Below are positions 26,827-39,233 of a stretch of 64,000 nucleotides of DNA, one piece after another. The notes beneath the pieces are model-generated. The model saw only the letters and a list, made by a program, of their open reading frames with translations. It had not been told where the DNA came from and did no database searches. The position numbers were made by a program, and so were the translations under genes. Source of the DNA: Yuukianura sp. NJ FZ-2021 (Eukaryota); the NCBI GenBank assembly GCA_046563655.1, contig CM102289.1, positions 7,626,001 through 7,690,000 of the forward strand, in the 5' to 3' direction. The stretch's first letter is position 1; the number at the start of each line of letters is the position of its first letter.

Positions 26827-29800
26827 ATGGTAAGTGAAACAAATTCTTTCTTTTTTTGTACAAACAAAGTTTTAAATAAATTGAATTTTTTCTTTACTTT
26901 AATTAAAATTCTGATCTTTGAAAAAAAAATTCAATAGTTAAAAATTCGGACGTTAGTTAATTTTTATTTTTCGCAACTGTAAAGTTTTGATCCGTGGGCG
27001 ATTTCGAAATTGTGCAATTTGTAGTTGGCAAAATTGGAAAGTTGTTAGGGAGTTCTCAATGATTTGGCAATGTCCTTTATGAATAAGGCATGAATTTACA
27101 GTTAACATTCCTTAAGGATATGCAGATCTGTCAAATTTGGCACCAAACGATTCGAATACAAAAACCTTGATTGACTATTTAAAATTTCTTGTCATTTTTG
27201 GCAACATTTTATGAATTTTTTTTTATTCTAAAACTTTTTGATAACTTTTTGTTTTAGGCTGATGGACATGCCAATTTAGGATTTCAAGAAGACAATAAAA
27301 ATGAAAATCAGCCACCATTTTCGCTACCAAGAGAATCAGTGGATAGCAACGAAGATTTTAAGACAAAAACACATTTTAGATGGGAATCTGCATTGCCTCC
27401 GGAACACAACAACAGGAATGCTTCACTCGGCACAATTTCCAAAAAAGTAAATTTGTCTAAAATGAGTTTGATTTGATGAAATTTGTGAATTGATGATGAA
27501 AATTTGTCTAAAATTTGAAAACGTGGCCTCTCATGTTCTCACCACTTGGTTTGGATTGTGTAATACTTAGGTTAGTGACGCCGAATCATATTCATCATAC
27601 GATAACTACGCCCTCGAACGTGGACAATGGACAAATCAACTTGAATTTTTATTCAGTTGTTTATCTATGAGTGTTGGTCTTGGAAATGTCTGGCGATTTC
27701 CAGTAACTGCATGTAAATTAAAAACTTATAGCAAATTAGCCAAGCACTTAAATCTAAAGTTTAAAAAAATATTGAAAATGTCAAATTTTTTGAATTTTAG
27801 ATGACAATGGCGGTGGAGCATTTCTGATTCCGTATTTCATTGTACTCATATTTGTTGGTAGACCGATTTACTTTCTGGAACTTTGCGTTGGTCAATTTTG
27901 TTCGCAAAGTCAAGTCAAAATTTGGCGTGCCAATCCTTTGTTCAAAGGTACAACTTTTTGGAAAAAAATTTCACATAAAATTAATTTTTTTAAAGTAATT
28001 CTTACTAACTTTCTTTATGTTTAAGGCGTGGGATGGGCAGCAATGATAGCAACTTTGAGTGTGATGTCTTACTACAGCTCCATCATGGCGCTGACAATTT
28101 TCTACTTTTTCGCATCTTTTTCAAAAGTTCTTCCATGGACAGTCTGTGATCCCACTTGGGAAGGAGTAGATTGTGATGCCGTTAATACAACATCCACAGC
28201 AGAACTCTATTTTAAGTAAGCTAATTGCTCTAATTGTCAGAAAAATCAAAATTTGAAGTTCGAAAATTTTTGGAAAACAATCAAACCAAACAATTTTTTT
28301 TTCAGAAATGAAGTGCTAAAAGAACTGCCCAACATCGACAACGGTATTGGATACCCAGAAATACGCTTATCCCTGTGTCTCTTATTAACCTGGATCATCA
28401 TCTACCTATCACTGATCAAAGGAGTCAAAAGTTCAGGAAAAGTTGCCTACTTCACAGCACTTTTTCCTTATGTCATTCTCATTACGTTTTTGATTCGTGG
28501 AGTTACGCTGGAGGGGGCATCGATTGGCATAGAAGCATTTCTGAAACCTGATTGGCATAAGCTGTATGACCCTGTCGTTTGGTACGTTCAAAATTTTACA
28601 AAATTTGATTTTCATTGTCCAGGTTTGAAAATTCAATTTTGAATTTCCAGGTATAATGCTATTAGCCAAGCCTTTTTTAGCTTAAATACTGGATTTGGCT
28701 CTGTCATTATGTTTGCGTCGTTCAATCCATTTCGACATAACATTTACAGAGGTAATCCGTCTGACCTTTGACCTCAAAAATTTAGCATAATGTTAATTGT
28801 ATGTTTATTTTTTGAGTTTAGACGCTGTTATTCTGAGTGTTATGGACACACTGACTTCGTTTGTGGCTGGAATCACTGTATTTTCTGTCATGGGCTACTT
28901 GTCATACAACTCTGGTGAAGATATTAGCACTATTGTTGGTGGTGGTGGTACGACAATTGCATTTGTGGCATATCCTACCGCCATTGCAGAATTTCCGTTA
29001 CCACAGGTAAAAAAGTTTCAAAATATCATAATTTTGACAAAAATTCAAAAATTTAAACAAAAGTTTTGTTTTTAGCTCTTTGGCGTATTGTTCTTCCTGA
29101 TGTTGTTTACATTGGGAATTGGCTCAGCGACGGCTGACGCCGGCGCAGTAATTTCCCTCTTTGCTGACAAATACACCACCTTCAAACGTTGGAAAATTAC
29201 GACAATAGTTTGTATCTCGGCATTTGCAGTGGGATTAGTATACTGCACTCCTGGTGGCCAGTACATCCTAACGTTGGTGGATTACTACGGTGCTGCTTTT
29301 GTCATCTTCTTAACCAGTATACTTGAGGTAAAGTCATTGACCTGTTTTGAGAAATTATGAAAATATGAAACTTAGAACAAATTTGTTTTTAGGTTATTGG
29401 CCTATGTTGGGTGTACGGTCTGAGCAACTTCTTGAGTGACATGGAGTTTATGTTGAACACGAAATTGGGATGGTACTGGAAGATTTGTTGGGCAGGAATA
29501 ATTCCAGTTGGTCTCAGCTGCATTTTAGTCTACGGTTTGATTTCGGCTGAAGCACTCGAATACAACGATGTTCCTTTCCCGACTTCAGCCATAGGTGAGG
29601 CAAAATTTGATTAAATACATTATATTACATACATATATACTATAATTATAGTTATCATAAATCAACTAATCTTTTGTAATCTGATTTTGAAGTTGCCGGT
29701 TGGTTGCTCGCTGTGGTATGTCTTCTGCCTCTACCAATTTGTGCATTTTTAGCACTGCAAAATGCTGAAGCTGAGGGTTTGGTTGGTGTAAGTTGAAATT

Positions 29801-29970
29801 GTAACTTTATAACTCCAAAATTTCTACAACTCAAAATTTTAACTTGGAAATGTTTCTTAAAAATTTAGAAACTAAAAGAAGCGACTTCTCCTGCAGCTAA
29901 CTGGGGTCCGATGAATCCTAAAATTCGAGCGGAATGGATTGAACATAAGCGCCAAAATGGTCGAAAATGA
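26827..29970 (+). CDS. SLC6 sodium-dependent nutrient amino-acid transporter (NAT-like), copy 1
   Basis: ATG immediately followed by an intron. [69 protein letters not shown]. Confidence 0.92.
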
Positions 29971-30417
29971 AATACAAAACATGAATGTACATAAAAGAAA
30001 CATGCTATACCAAACACATTTTTCCCATGACCGAATTAAATTATTTAAATATTTTTAACATCTTATTACACAATAGTTCAAGTGTAACACAATTTTGTTA
30101 ACAACGCTTGTCAATATAAATCCATTTTTACGCAACTGTTCACCTTTTCAACATCTTTTCTTCGCTTTTTTAGTTGACAGTGATTTTGATTTGGAGAAAA
30201 AAAAAGGCAATAGTTGCAATCCTATCGTATGCTTTACCTTGGCAACTTAAATTGTTGTATAAAAAGTACCTTACTTAATGTAAATATTTTTAACTTTTTG
30301 TTTTAAAAGTCTTATCAGAGGCCAAATTCGAATTCAAACGTCTATTCACTTTATCATGCTGCTAAAAGAAAAATTGTTTAGTAAGTTTATTTAATTTTTG
30401 TCACTTTATGCTTCAAA

Positions 30418-33058
30418 ATGCCTAAAGCTCAAGATTTGGACGACAATGTAAAAAGACAATTTTTCAGCTAAAACTGTTTTGCAAAATTTTATTCAGTGAA
30501 CATTTCCATTTTGAACAGGATTACAAAGCTGATTCCGCCGATGCATCGGCCAGTGAAGTTGGATTTGACGGAGACGGTGAAGGAACGTGGGATGACATTC
30601 CGCTGTCTCAGTCATCTTCCGTAAATGACATGGAATCACGGGCTCGAACAGTATGTAAAAATTTTGAAGTATTTCAAAAAACTTAAACTGAGTTGGAAAT
30701 TGTGAACAAATGCAGAAGTCGGAAATAGAAGAGCTTCAACTAGATTCCGAAGAAAGAGATCAATGGTCCAATCAATACGAATTTCTGTTTTCTTTGATCT
30801 CAATGAGCGTCGGTCTCGGAAATGTTTGGAGGTATCTTTTTGTAAATTAAATTCTTCGTAAAACCAATTTCAAAATTTCGAACAGATTTCCAATAGTTGC
30901 TTCAGCCAATGGCGGTGGAGCGTTCCTCATTCCGTACTTGATTGTACTCATGTTCGTGGGACGCCCAATTTATTTTTTGGAATTGGCCATTGGTCAGTTT
31001 TCATCTCAAACACAAATCAACATTTGGACTTGTTGTCCAATTTTGAAAGGTAACGTTGGTTTTTAAAATTTCTACACTTTCACTAAATTTTAAATTTTGA
31101 AATAGGAATTGGAATCTCTTCGATGTTGTCTACAATTTGTGTTTTGACATACTACACAAGCATCCTGTCTCTAATTACTATGTACTTTGTTGAATCATTC
31201 TTCCCTGTTCTACCATGGACTCAATGTTCTGAAATGGTGAAACCAAACTGTACTTTTCATAACGTCTCCACTGCCAAATCTCACTTGAAGTAATTAAATT
31301 TGCAAAAAAAAATTGTTTTTCTAAGTTTCTGTTGTTAATTTTTCTCATTCTTAGGTACGACGTTTTACATCAGAAAGAAAACATCGACGATGGCATTGGT
31401 CGAGCACAGTGGCATTTGACCCTTTGCCTTCTGTTTGCATGGCTTTGCATTTGCTTTTCTTTGATCAAAGGAGTCAAAAGTTCAGGAAAAGTGGCCTACT
31501 TCACAGCATTGTTTCCGTATGCGGTGCTGATCATACTGCTCATCCGTGGAGTGACGCTGGAAGGAGCAGGAACGGGGATTCTAGCGTTCCTCAAACCAGA
31601 TTTTTCAAAATTGATCAAACCAAAGGTACAAAGCTGTATTTTAACAAAATTTGCAAGGTTGTTTTTCATTTTGAAATTTAGTTTTTGGTCAGGTTTGGTA
31701 TGAAGCGACTAATCAAGCATTTTTTAGTCTCAACACTTGTTTTGGATCAATCATCATGTTTTCCAGCTTCAATCCTTTTCGACACAACATTTACCGGTAA
31801 ATTTGCAACAGTTATCGTTAATTTGCATTATTTATTTGCAAAATTACAATATTTGGCGGCAAGCTTTGTGTAAACGAAAAGTAATTGTCCAATTTTGTTC
31901 ATTTTTTTTTGCAGAGATGCAATAATTCTGAGTTTCATGGACACTTTGACGTCACTAATCGCCGGAATCACTGTTTTTTCAGTTGGTGGATTTTTGGCTG
32001 TAAAAACTGGAAAAAGTGTTGAAGAAATTCTTGACGGTGACACTGGCATTGCTTTCATAGCTTATCCAACAGCCATTTCGGAATTGCCGTGGCCAAATGT
32101 ATAGTTAATTTAATTCTGAAACCTTCAAAATTTCGAGAAAAAAAATTTTTTTTTTCTGGGTTGCAGTTTTTTGCTGTACTGTTTTTCTTGATGCTGTTTG
32201 CACTGGGCCTTGGCAGTTCTGCGGCGGATGCTGGCGCTGTTATTTCCATAATCGCTGACACTTTTCCGAGACTCAAGCGCTGGATAATCACATGCACAAT
32301 TTGTCTCTTAGCGTTTCTTGTGGGAATTCTCTACGTGTAAGCTACGATCCAAAAATTTTCAATCTTTTTTATACTTTTTAATTTACTTTTCAAAAACATA
32401 TTTGCAGGACTGAGGGAGGACCGTTTGTTTTGAATTTAGTAGACACTTTTGGAGCATCATTTTCAATTTTCATTGTGGGAATTTTGGAAATTACCGGAAT
32501 TGCCTACATTTACAAACTGAGCAATTTCATCAGTGATGTGGAGTTTATGCTGAATAGGAGGTTAGGCTGGTACTGGAAAATCTGCTGGTACGGAGTCATT
32601 CCTGTAGGTCTGTCTGGAGTGCTGATTTACGTCTTGGCCTTCCAATTGTTCAGTGAACCACTTAGCTATGCTGGGGCTCCTTACCCCGTTTCAGCTATTG
32701 GTAAGTTAAAAAAAATCAACAACAAATAGTTCAGACAGAACTGAAACTTTACTCATCTTAAGTTGATTTAATTTTGTTTTGTAAATTGTAGTTATGGGGT
32801 GGCTGGTGGCTGTGATGTGTTTGTCTCCGATAGTGATTTGTGCAATTATAGAACTGATTCAAGCTAAGGGCGTGACATTTCTTGACGTAAGTGTTTGAAC
32901 CTGCGAGTTAAAGTTTTCAAATGCTTTAGTACATTTTTTTAAACATTCTTTTTTAGAAATTGAAGCAAGCTTGTAAACCAAAGAGGACTTGGGGTCCTAG
33001 AAATCCATCGATCAGGGCTGAATGGAAAGAGTGGAAGGAAGGACACGGAAGAACTTAA
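30418..33058 (+). CDS. SLC6 sodium-dependent nutrient amino-acid transporter (NAT-like), copy 2
   Basis: [71 protein letters not shown]. Tandem paralog of copy 1. Confidence 0.92.
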
Positions 33059-33530
33059 AAAATTTTCACTTCAAAATCTTTAATTGGCAAAAAATTAAAA
33101 TTTCGTATGTTTACCCGATTTCGAAATTCCAAATGGTCTCTGTAAAAAAAATTGTGTTTTCGGCTGATGTGTTTCAGTGCTTATGTCTTTGTTGCTGATG
33201 TGTTTTCTGCTTATGTCTTTTTTCTAGTAAGTATAACAATGATTGACGTTTGCATGTTTAATATCTTTGTGATCAGAACGAGGAGGAGTTGAGACGTGGA
33301 AACAAATTCCTATTTTCGTCAAGGCTAAATATATTAAAAAGACGTAGACCCATTAATTTTTTTTGCATGGAATTCACGCTTCGCAGTTCCTCTGATTTAA
33401 GCTTTCAATAGTTTCTTCCTTGAAGTCAATTTCATTTCTTCTTCACATTCTCTGCAACTGTTGAGCAGAGCAGACAGTTGAAGTTTTAACTTCAACAAAA
33501 GTCAAACAGTTTAAAACACAATTTTCAAAA

Positions 33531-34042
33531 ATGTCTGAAGAGGGAAAAGATTTGAGAGGTGGCGCGTGTTGTGCTTCGAGCAAACATTACGTACAATACC
33601 TGGTAGAGCAGCAACCCATGGTCACTCCATGTCCAGAAGTTGTGGCTCACCTTGTACATTTGACGTTCCCTCCTGGTGACATCGGAGCTCCCCCACATAC
33701 TCATCCTGGCCCAGTCGTTGGCTATGTTCTGGAAGGCGAATTCCTGTTTCAGGTAACTGCGCTAAAGTTTTGCTATTGAAAGTTTACTGAATTGTACGTT
33801 CCATTTTTAACATTCTTGCTTAGATGAACGGTGAACCACGACGCATACTCAAAGCTGGTGAAGCATTCTACGAAAGATATGGTGACATCCATGTCTGGTC
33901 TGCCAATGCATCGGACACTACGACCTGCAAGGTCGTGTCGACAGTATTCGGCATACCAGGGGAACCTGTCTCAACAGACGTCGAAGGTCATCCACGCGAA
34001 AGTCGACGAGAGGCATTGGAACTCGCCCGTCAAGGAAAATAA
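33531..34042 (+). CDS. Cupin-2 domain protein A, 146 aa
   Basis: Exons 33531-33752 and 33824-34042 (phase-0 intron). PPHTHPGPVVGYVLEGE and LKAGEAFYERYGDIH cupin motifs. Confidence 0.9.
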
Positions 34043-35027
34043 ACATATACTATTAAGTAACTTTGCCGTTCTTAAATTCATATTTCAGAAATATAGCCTA
34101 AAAAGCGGTGGCATTCGATTTCGTCTATCTTAAAATTTCATCTGCTTAGCATTCTTTTGATATTTGTAAAAAATACGCTGACTTCTGATGTCATAAATCA
34201 TGTTTTGGCACTGTTCCAATGAAATGACGCACTTATTCGTGAACCTTTCAACTTCAAATTTCTGGTATCGTTGTATTCTTGGTAAAACGACTTTGCCAAA
34301 CATCTTTAACAAGCAGTTCTCACACATTTAAAACATAATTAAAACCAAAACTGGATAAATTGATTGAATTTTAGACTAATCGTGGAAATCAGAAATAATT
34401 ATCTTTTTCTAATGTCAACTGGAAATGAAAAATGTGACATTTATGTTACAAGTGCAAAAAAGAAATTTTTTCGAAACACATGGACTTTTTTTTACCACTG
34501 CACTGGTCGTTCTTCCGCCGCAAGGCGGCCGGCTTACTTTTCAAAAAAAAAATCGAAAAATAACAAAATTCTGAACACCTTCATTGTAATTTAGATGCAC
34601 TGTAATGCATTTGTAATCAGAACAAGATAACGTTGAGGCGGAGGAAACAAATTATATTTTAATTTTCGAGAATTTTAGTTTGTATTGTTTCCAAATAATA
34701 ACGTTCACCCGGCTGAGGGCTGAGGCATAATAATTAAACTAAATTAAATAATTAAATGTAATTATTCATAAGGGATAATTGCCAAAAATTATTTATTTCC
34801 GTCAATGTGAAACAAAAAGCAGCGAAGCCGTTCAATTGACAAATCAATTTTTGATTTTTTGCAAGATTATTACGTTTGCTTTGCAGTGTTTAAGCTATAA
34901 ATAAATAGTTTCTCCCATGATGTCATTTTGTTCGCATTCTGTGGAACGCTTGCCCTGAGAGGAGACTGTTTAAGTTTTAATTTCAACAAAAGTTAAGGTT
35001 AAGCAGGTTAAAACGTAACTTTCAAAT

Positions 35028-35561
35028 ATGTCTGAAGAGGGAAACGATTTGGGAGATAGCGGATGTTGTGCTTCGAGCAAACATTATGTGCAGTACGTCA
35101 TGAAGCAACCTTTGGACATCCCATGTCCAGAGGTTACGGCTCATTTGGTCCATTTGACGTTCCCTCCTGGTGACATCGGAGCTGTCCCACACACACATCC
35201 TGGCCCAGTCGTAGCGTACGTTCTGGAAGGCGAATTCCTATTCCAGGTAACTGAAAAGCTGAAGCTTGTTTAGCGAAAGTTAGTTACTGAATTGATTGCA
35301 AGCTTTAAAGTAATTAGGCATTTTTCCTTTTTGAACTTTTAGATGCACGGTGAACCACGACGCATACTCAAAGCTGGCGAAGGATTCCACGAAGAACATG
35401 GCGGCATCCATGTCTGGTCTGCCAATGCATCGGACACAACGACATGCAAGGTCGTGGCGACCGTGTTAGGCAAACCTGGGGAACCAATCGCGACCGACGT
35501 CGAAGATCATCCACGCGAAAGTCGACAAGAGGCGTTGGAGCTTGCGGCTCAAGGAAAATAA
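35028..35561 (+). CDS. Cupin-2 domain protein B, 145 aa
   Basis: Exons 35028-35246 and 35343-35561. VPHTHPGPVVAYVLEGE; LKAGEGFHEEHGGIH. Confidence 0.9.
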
Positions 35562-35705
35562 ACATATTGAGTACCTTGATCGTTCTTAAATTCATATTTA
35601 AGAAATAGAGCATGAAAGCAGCACATTCCAATACGTCCATTTTAAAATTTCAACTTCTTATCATTATTTTTCGAAAACGTGTTGTAAAAGTTTTGTAAAT
35701 TCTAG

Positions 35706-35977
35706 TCATGGGGTGGCTTGTAGTTTGTGGTAGGTGGTTTGTTTGTCCCAGGTAGTGATTTGCGCTTTAATAGAACTGATTCAAGCTAAGGATGTGACAT
35801 TTCTTGACGTATCGTGACGTTTCTTTCGATTTACGAAACCGAGTTAAATTTTGAAATGGTTTTGTCCAAACTCGTTAATCAATTTTTCGTTTTAAAAGAA
35901 ACTGAAACAAGCTTATACACCAGAAAAGACTTTAGAAATTCATCTTAAGGCTGAATGGAAAGAGTGGAAGAACTTAA
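35706..35977 (+). pseudogene. Degenerate duplicate of the last two exons of NAT copy 2
   Basis: Sequences such as TAGAACTGATTCAAGCTAAGG..GTGACATTTCTTGACGT and GGCTGAATGGAAAGAGTGGAAG match 32792-33058, with indels. Confidence 0.85.
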
Positions 35978-36541
35978 AAATTCTTCGCTTCAAAATATTT
36001 GGTAAACGATTGGGAAAAGGTTGGGACCAAATTAAGATTTCACATTTTTTGCCCAGTTTTTGAAAATTTCGGCATACAATTTCAAAATGGTCTCTGTAAA
36101 AAAAATTGGAACGCGCTTTCACCACTGTGATGCTGGTCGTCCCGTATAACTTATAACATTGCTCAACGTTTGATAACTTCGTAATCAGAAATACGTAACG
36201 CAGAGGCGAGGCGGAGAAAATTTTTTATTTTCGTCAAAGTGAAATATCAGACGGCGAAGGCATTTGTCATTATAATTGATGTAATTTTCTGCTTATGTCA
36301 TTTTTCTCATGTATTGGCGTATAGCAAGTGTTTTTCGTCAAGGCTAAATAGATTAAAACGACGTAGACCCATTAACTTTTTTGCATGGAATTCACGCTTC
36401 GCAGTTCCTCTGATTTAAGCTTTCAAAAAGTAAGTTTCTTCCACGTAGTCAATTGCTTCTTCAAATTGTGTGGAATCCACAGTAGACTGTTTAATTTCAG
36501 CAAAAGTTAAAATTGAACAGGTCAGAACAAAATTTTCAAGA

Positions 36542-37050
36542 ATGTCTGAAGAGGGAAAAGATTTGAGGGATGGCGGTTGTTGTACTTCGAGGAAAGCTAA
36601 TTTGCAATACGTCATGCAACAACCCCTGGTTACTCCATGTCCAGAACTTGTGGCTCACATGGTCCATTTGACGTTCCCTCCTGGTGACATCGGGGCTCCC
36701 CCACATACTCATCCTGGCCCAGTCGTTGGCTATGTTCTGGAAGGCGAATTCCTGTTTCAGGTAACTGCGCTAAAGTTTTGTTATTGAAAGTTTACTAAAT
36801 TGTACGTTCCATTTTTAACATTGTTCCTTAGATGAACGGTGAACCACGACGCATACTCAAAGCTGGTGAAGCATTCTACGAAAGATATGGTGACATCCAT
36901 GTCTGGTCTGCCAATGCATCGGATACTACGACCTGCAAGGTCGTATCGACAGTATTCGGCATACCAGGGGAACCACTCTCAACAGACGTCGAAGGCCATC
37001 CACGCGAAAGTCGACAAGAGGCATTGGAACTCGCAGCTCAAGGAAAATAA
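36542..37050 (+). CDS. Cupin-2 domain protein C, 145 aa
   Basis: Exons 36542-36760 and 36832-37050. Intron and exon 2 nearly identical to copy A. Confidence 0.9.
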
Positions 37051-37380
37051 ACATACCATTAAGTAACTCTGTCGTTCTTAAATTCATATTTCAGAAATAG
37101 AACCAAAAAGCAGTAACATTCGACTTCGTCTATCTTAAAATTTCATCTGCTTAGCATTCTTTTGATATTTGTAAAAAAATTCACCTACTTTTGATGTAAT
37201 TAAATCATGTTTGCCGCTGTTCTAGTTGATGAAATGACACACTTATTCGAGAATATATCAACTTTTTTTGGGGGTGGAACGACTCAAACATCTTTAACTC
37301 AGTTCTCACACATGTAAAACATAATTGTTTAACTTCGACAAAAGTTAAAGTTGAACAGGCTAAAACAAAATTTTCAAAAA

Positions 37381-37892
37381 CTTCTGAAGAGGGAAAAGAT
37401 TTGAGAGATACATGGCGGTTGTTGTACTTCGAGGAAAGCTAATTTGCAATACGTCGTGCAACAACCCCTGGTCATTCCATGTCCAGACGTTGTGGCTCAA
37501 ATGGTCCATTTGACGTTCCCTCCTAGTGACGTCGGATCTGACCCACACACTCATCCTGGTCCAGTCGTTGGCTATGTTCTGGAAGGCGAGTTCCTCTTTC
37601 AGGTAACTGCGCTAAAGTTTTGTTATTGAAAGTTTACTGAACTGTACGTTACATTTTTTACATTCTTTCTTAGGTGAACGGTGAACCACGACGCATACTC
37701 AAAGCTGGTGAAGGATTCTACGAAAAATATGGCGACATCCATGTCTGGTCTGCCAATGCGTCGGACACTATGACCTGCAAAGTAGTGGCAACCGTGTTAG
37801 GCAAACTACGGGAACCAATTTTGACTTACGTCGAAGGTCATCCACGAGAAAGTCGACGAGGGGCATTGGAGCTTGCCGCTCAAGGAAAATGA
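37381..37892 (+). pseudogene. Cupin copy D, probable pseudogene or N-truncated form
   Basis: Start ATG lost (AAAACTTCTGAAG vs GAATGTCTGAAG in C) and a 4-nt insertion near 37410. Downstream frame intact from ATG 37501. Exons end at 37602 and resume 37674-37892. Confidence 0.7.
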
Positions 37893-39233
37893 ACAATAGT
37901 CCGACGTTCCTTACCTTCAGCTTTGAGATATCGTTTAAAATAGACATTCCACTGCATCCATTTCAAATTTTCATATGCTTAACATGCTTTTGATGTTCAC
38001 TTAAATCCGATCTCGACGTTATGAATTATCACCGCTCTGATAGTTACACATGCGAAAACGTGTAGCAAAAGTACTATCAAAATTATCAATAAAACAACTG
38101 TACTACTAGTATGTTATACGATTATCTAACAAGTGTAGTCAGCTGGTGAGTTAATTTCCTGCTGATAACCGTATTCCACAATCAATTAATTTATATTACA
38201 TTAATTTAAAATGGTTAAAAAATTGTTACTTGAATGAGGTTTACGTACGATTTATTGATAGTTTACGTTTCTGAAACAAGGAATGTGATTGCCTTTGACT
38301 AAGTTCGAACTTGGCGCTTTGTTCAGATTTTCTGCGCAGACACGCTGGGTTTACAGCCTATGAACTATAAACGCGCCAATTTCAAAATTGAAAACAGAAA
38401 ATATTTGAACAACGGTTGTTCTTTCAAAAAATCTAAATAATGCATCATACGATCAATTTAGCGGTTTTTCAAATGAGTTGGGATGCATTCCGTAAGCAGG
38501 ACATTCTTACTTAATGAGTATCTGAAACGTTTTAAAGACGAAGGGCATAATGTTAAATTAAATTGGATTAGTTGATTAATTAACATGCTAAATGCCCAAC
38601 TATGTTTGACGCGGTAGTGAGAATGAATCGACTGCTTTTGGAATGTGTGTCATTGAGACTTCCTTCACTCGACTCGAGAGATCACAAACGAGAAGATTGT
38701 TCTATTTTTGTTTCCTCCTCTTTTTTTGTGTTCTCCTTCGTATGTTCTCTCATCTTTCGATTTATTCCGAATTCGGTCATTTCTTCACAGAACGAGGACA
38801 ACCTTAGAAGGTGAAAGGGACCAAAGTCTGAACTACTCCTTGTCCTTGGTAAGCAAGCGCCGTTTCTACCCGAATTCGGGTTGGGTTTTCTTCTTGACTT
38901 TTTTGGCAATGATTTTGGCACTTTCTCTCATCATAACTTACAGTCCTATACATAAATACATAAGCTTTAGTACTGCTGCACTCAGAATTCAACGTATCAC
39001 ATAACCTTATTTCCGTTCTTTCTTTGATTTTCTTTTAGTTTGTCGTATTTGTGGGCGGAAGAAGGCTTGGTCAAACAAGATCCTACTTTCATCTTCTCCA
39101 GCAGTTCCAGTAAATTCTAGAGCGTGATCTGTGCCTGACCTTCGCAAATCTTGGACAAGGAGAGTTGATTTTCGCTTCGATCAAGTATTTATAGCTGCTC
39201 GTCCATAGTTCACGCCTGTGTCGATAAGACAAG

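Noticed and set aside
38602..39004. ORFs upstream of endophilin A
   Set aside because: Low-complexity T-rich sequence; 38791-38848 looks like a non-coding 5' UTR exon with acceptor and donor.
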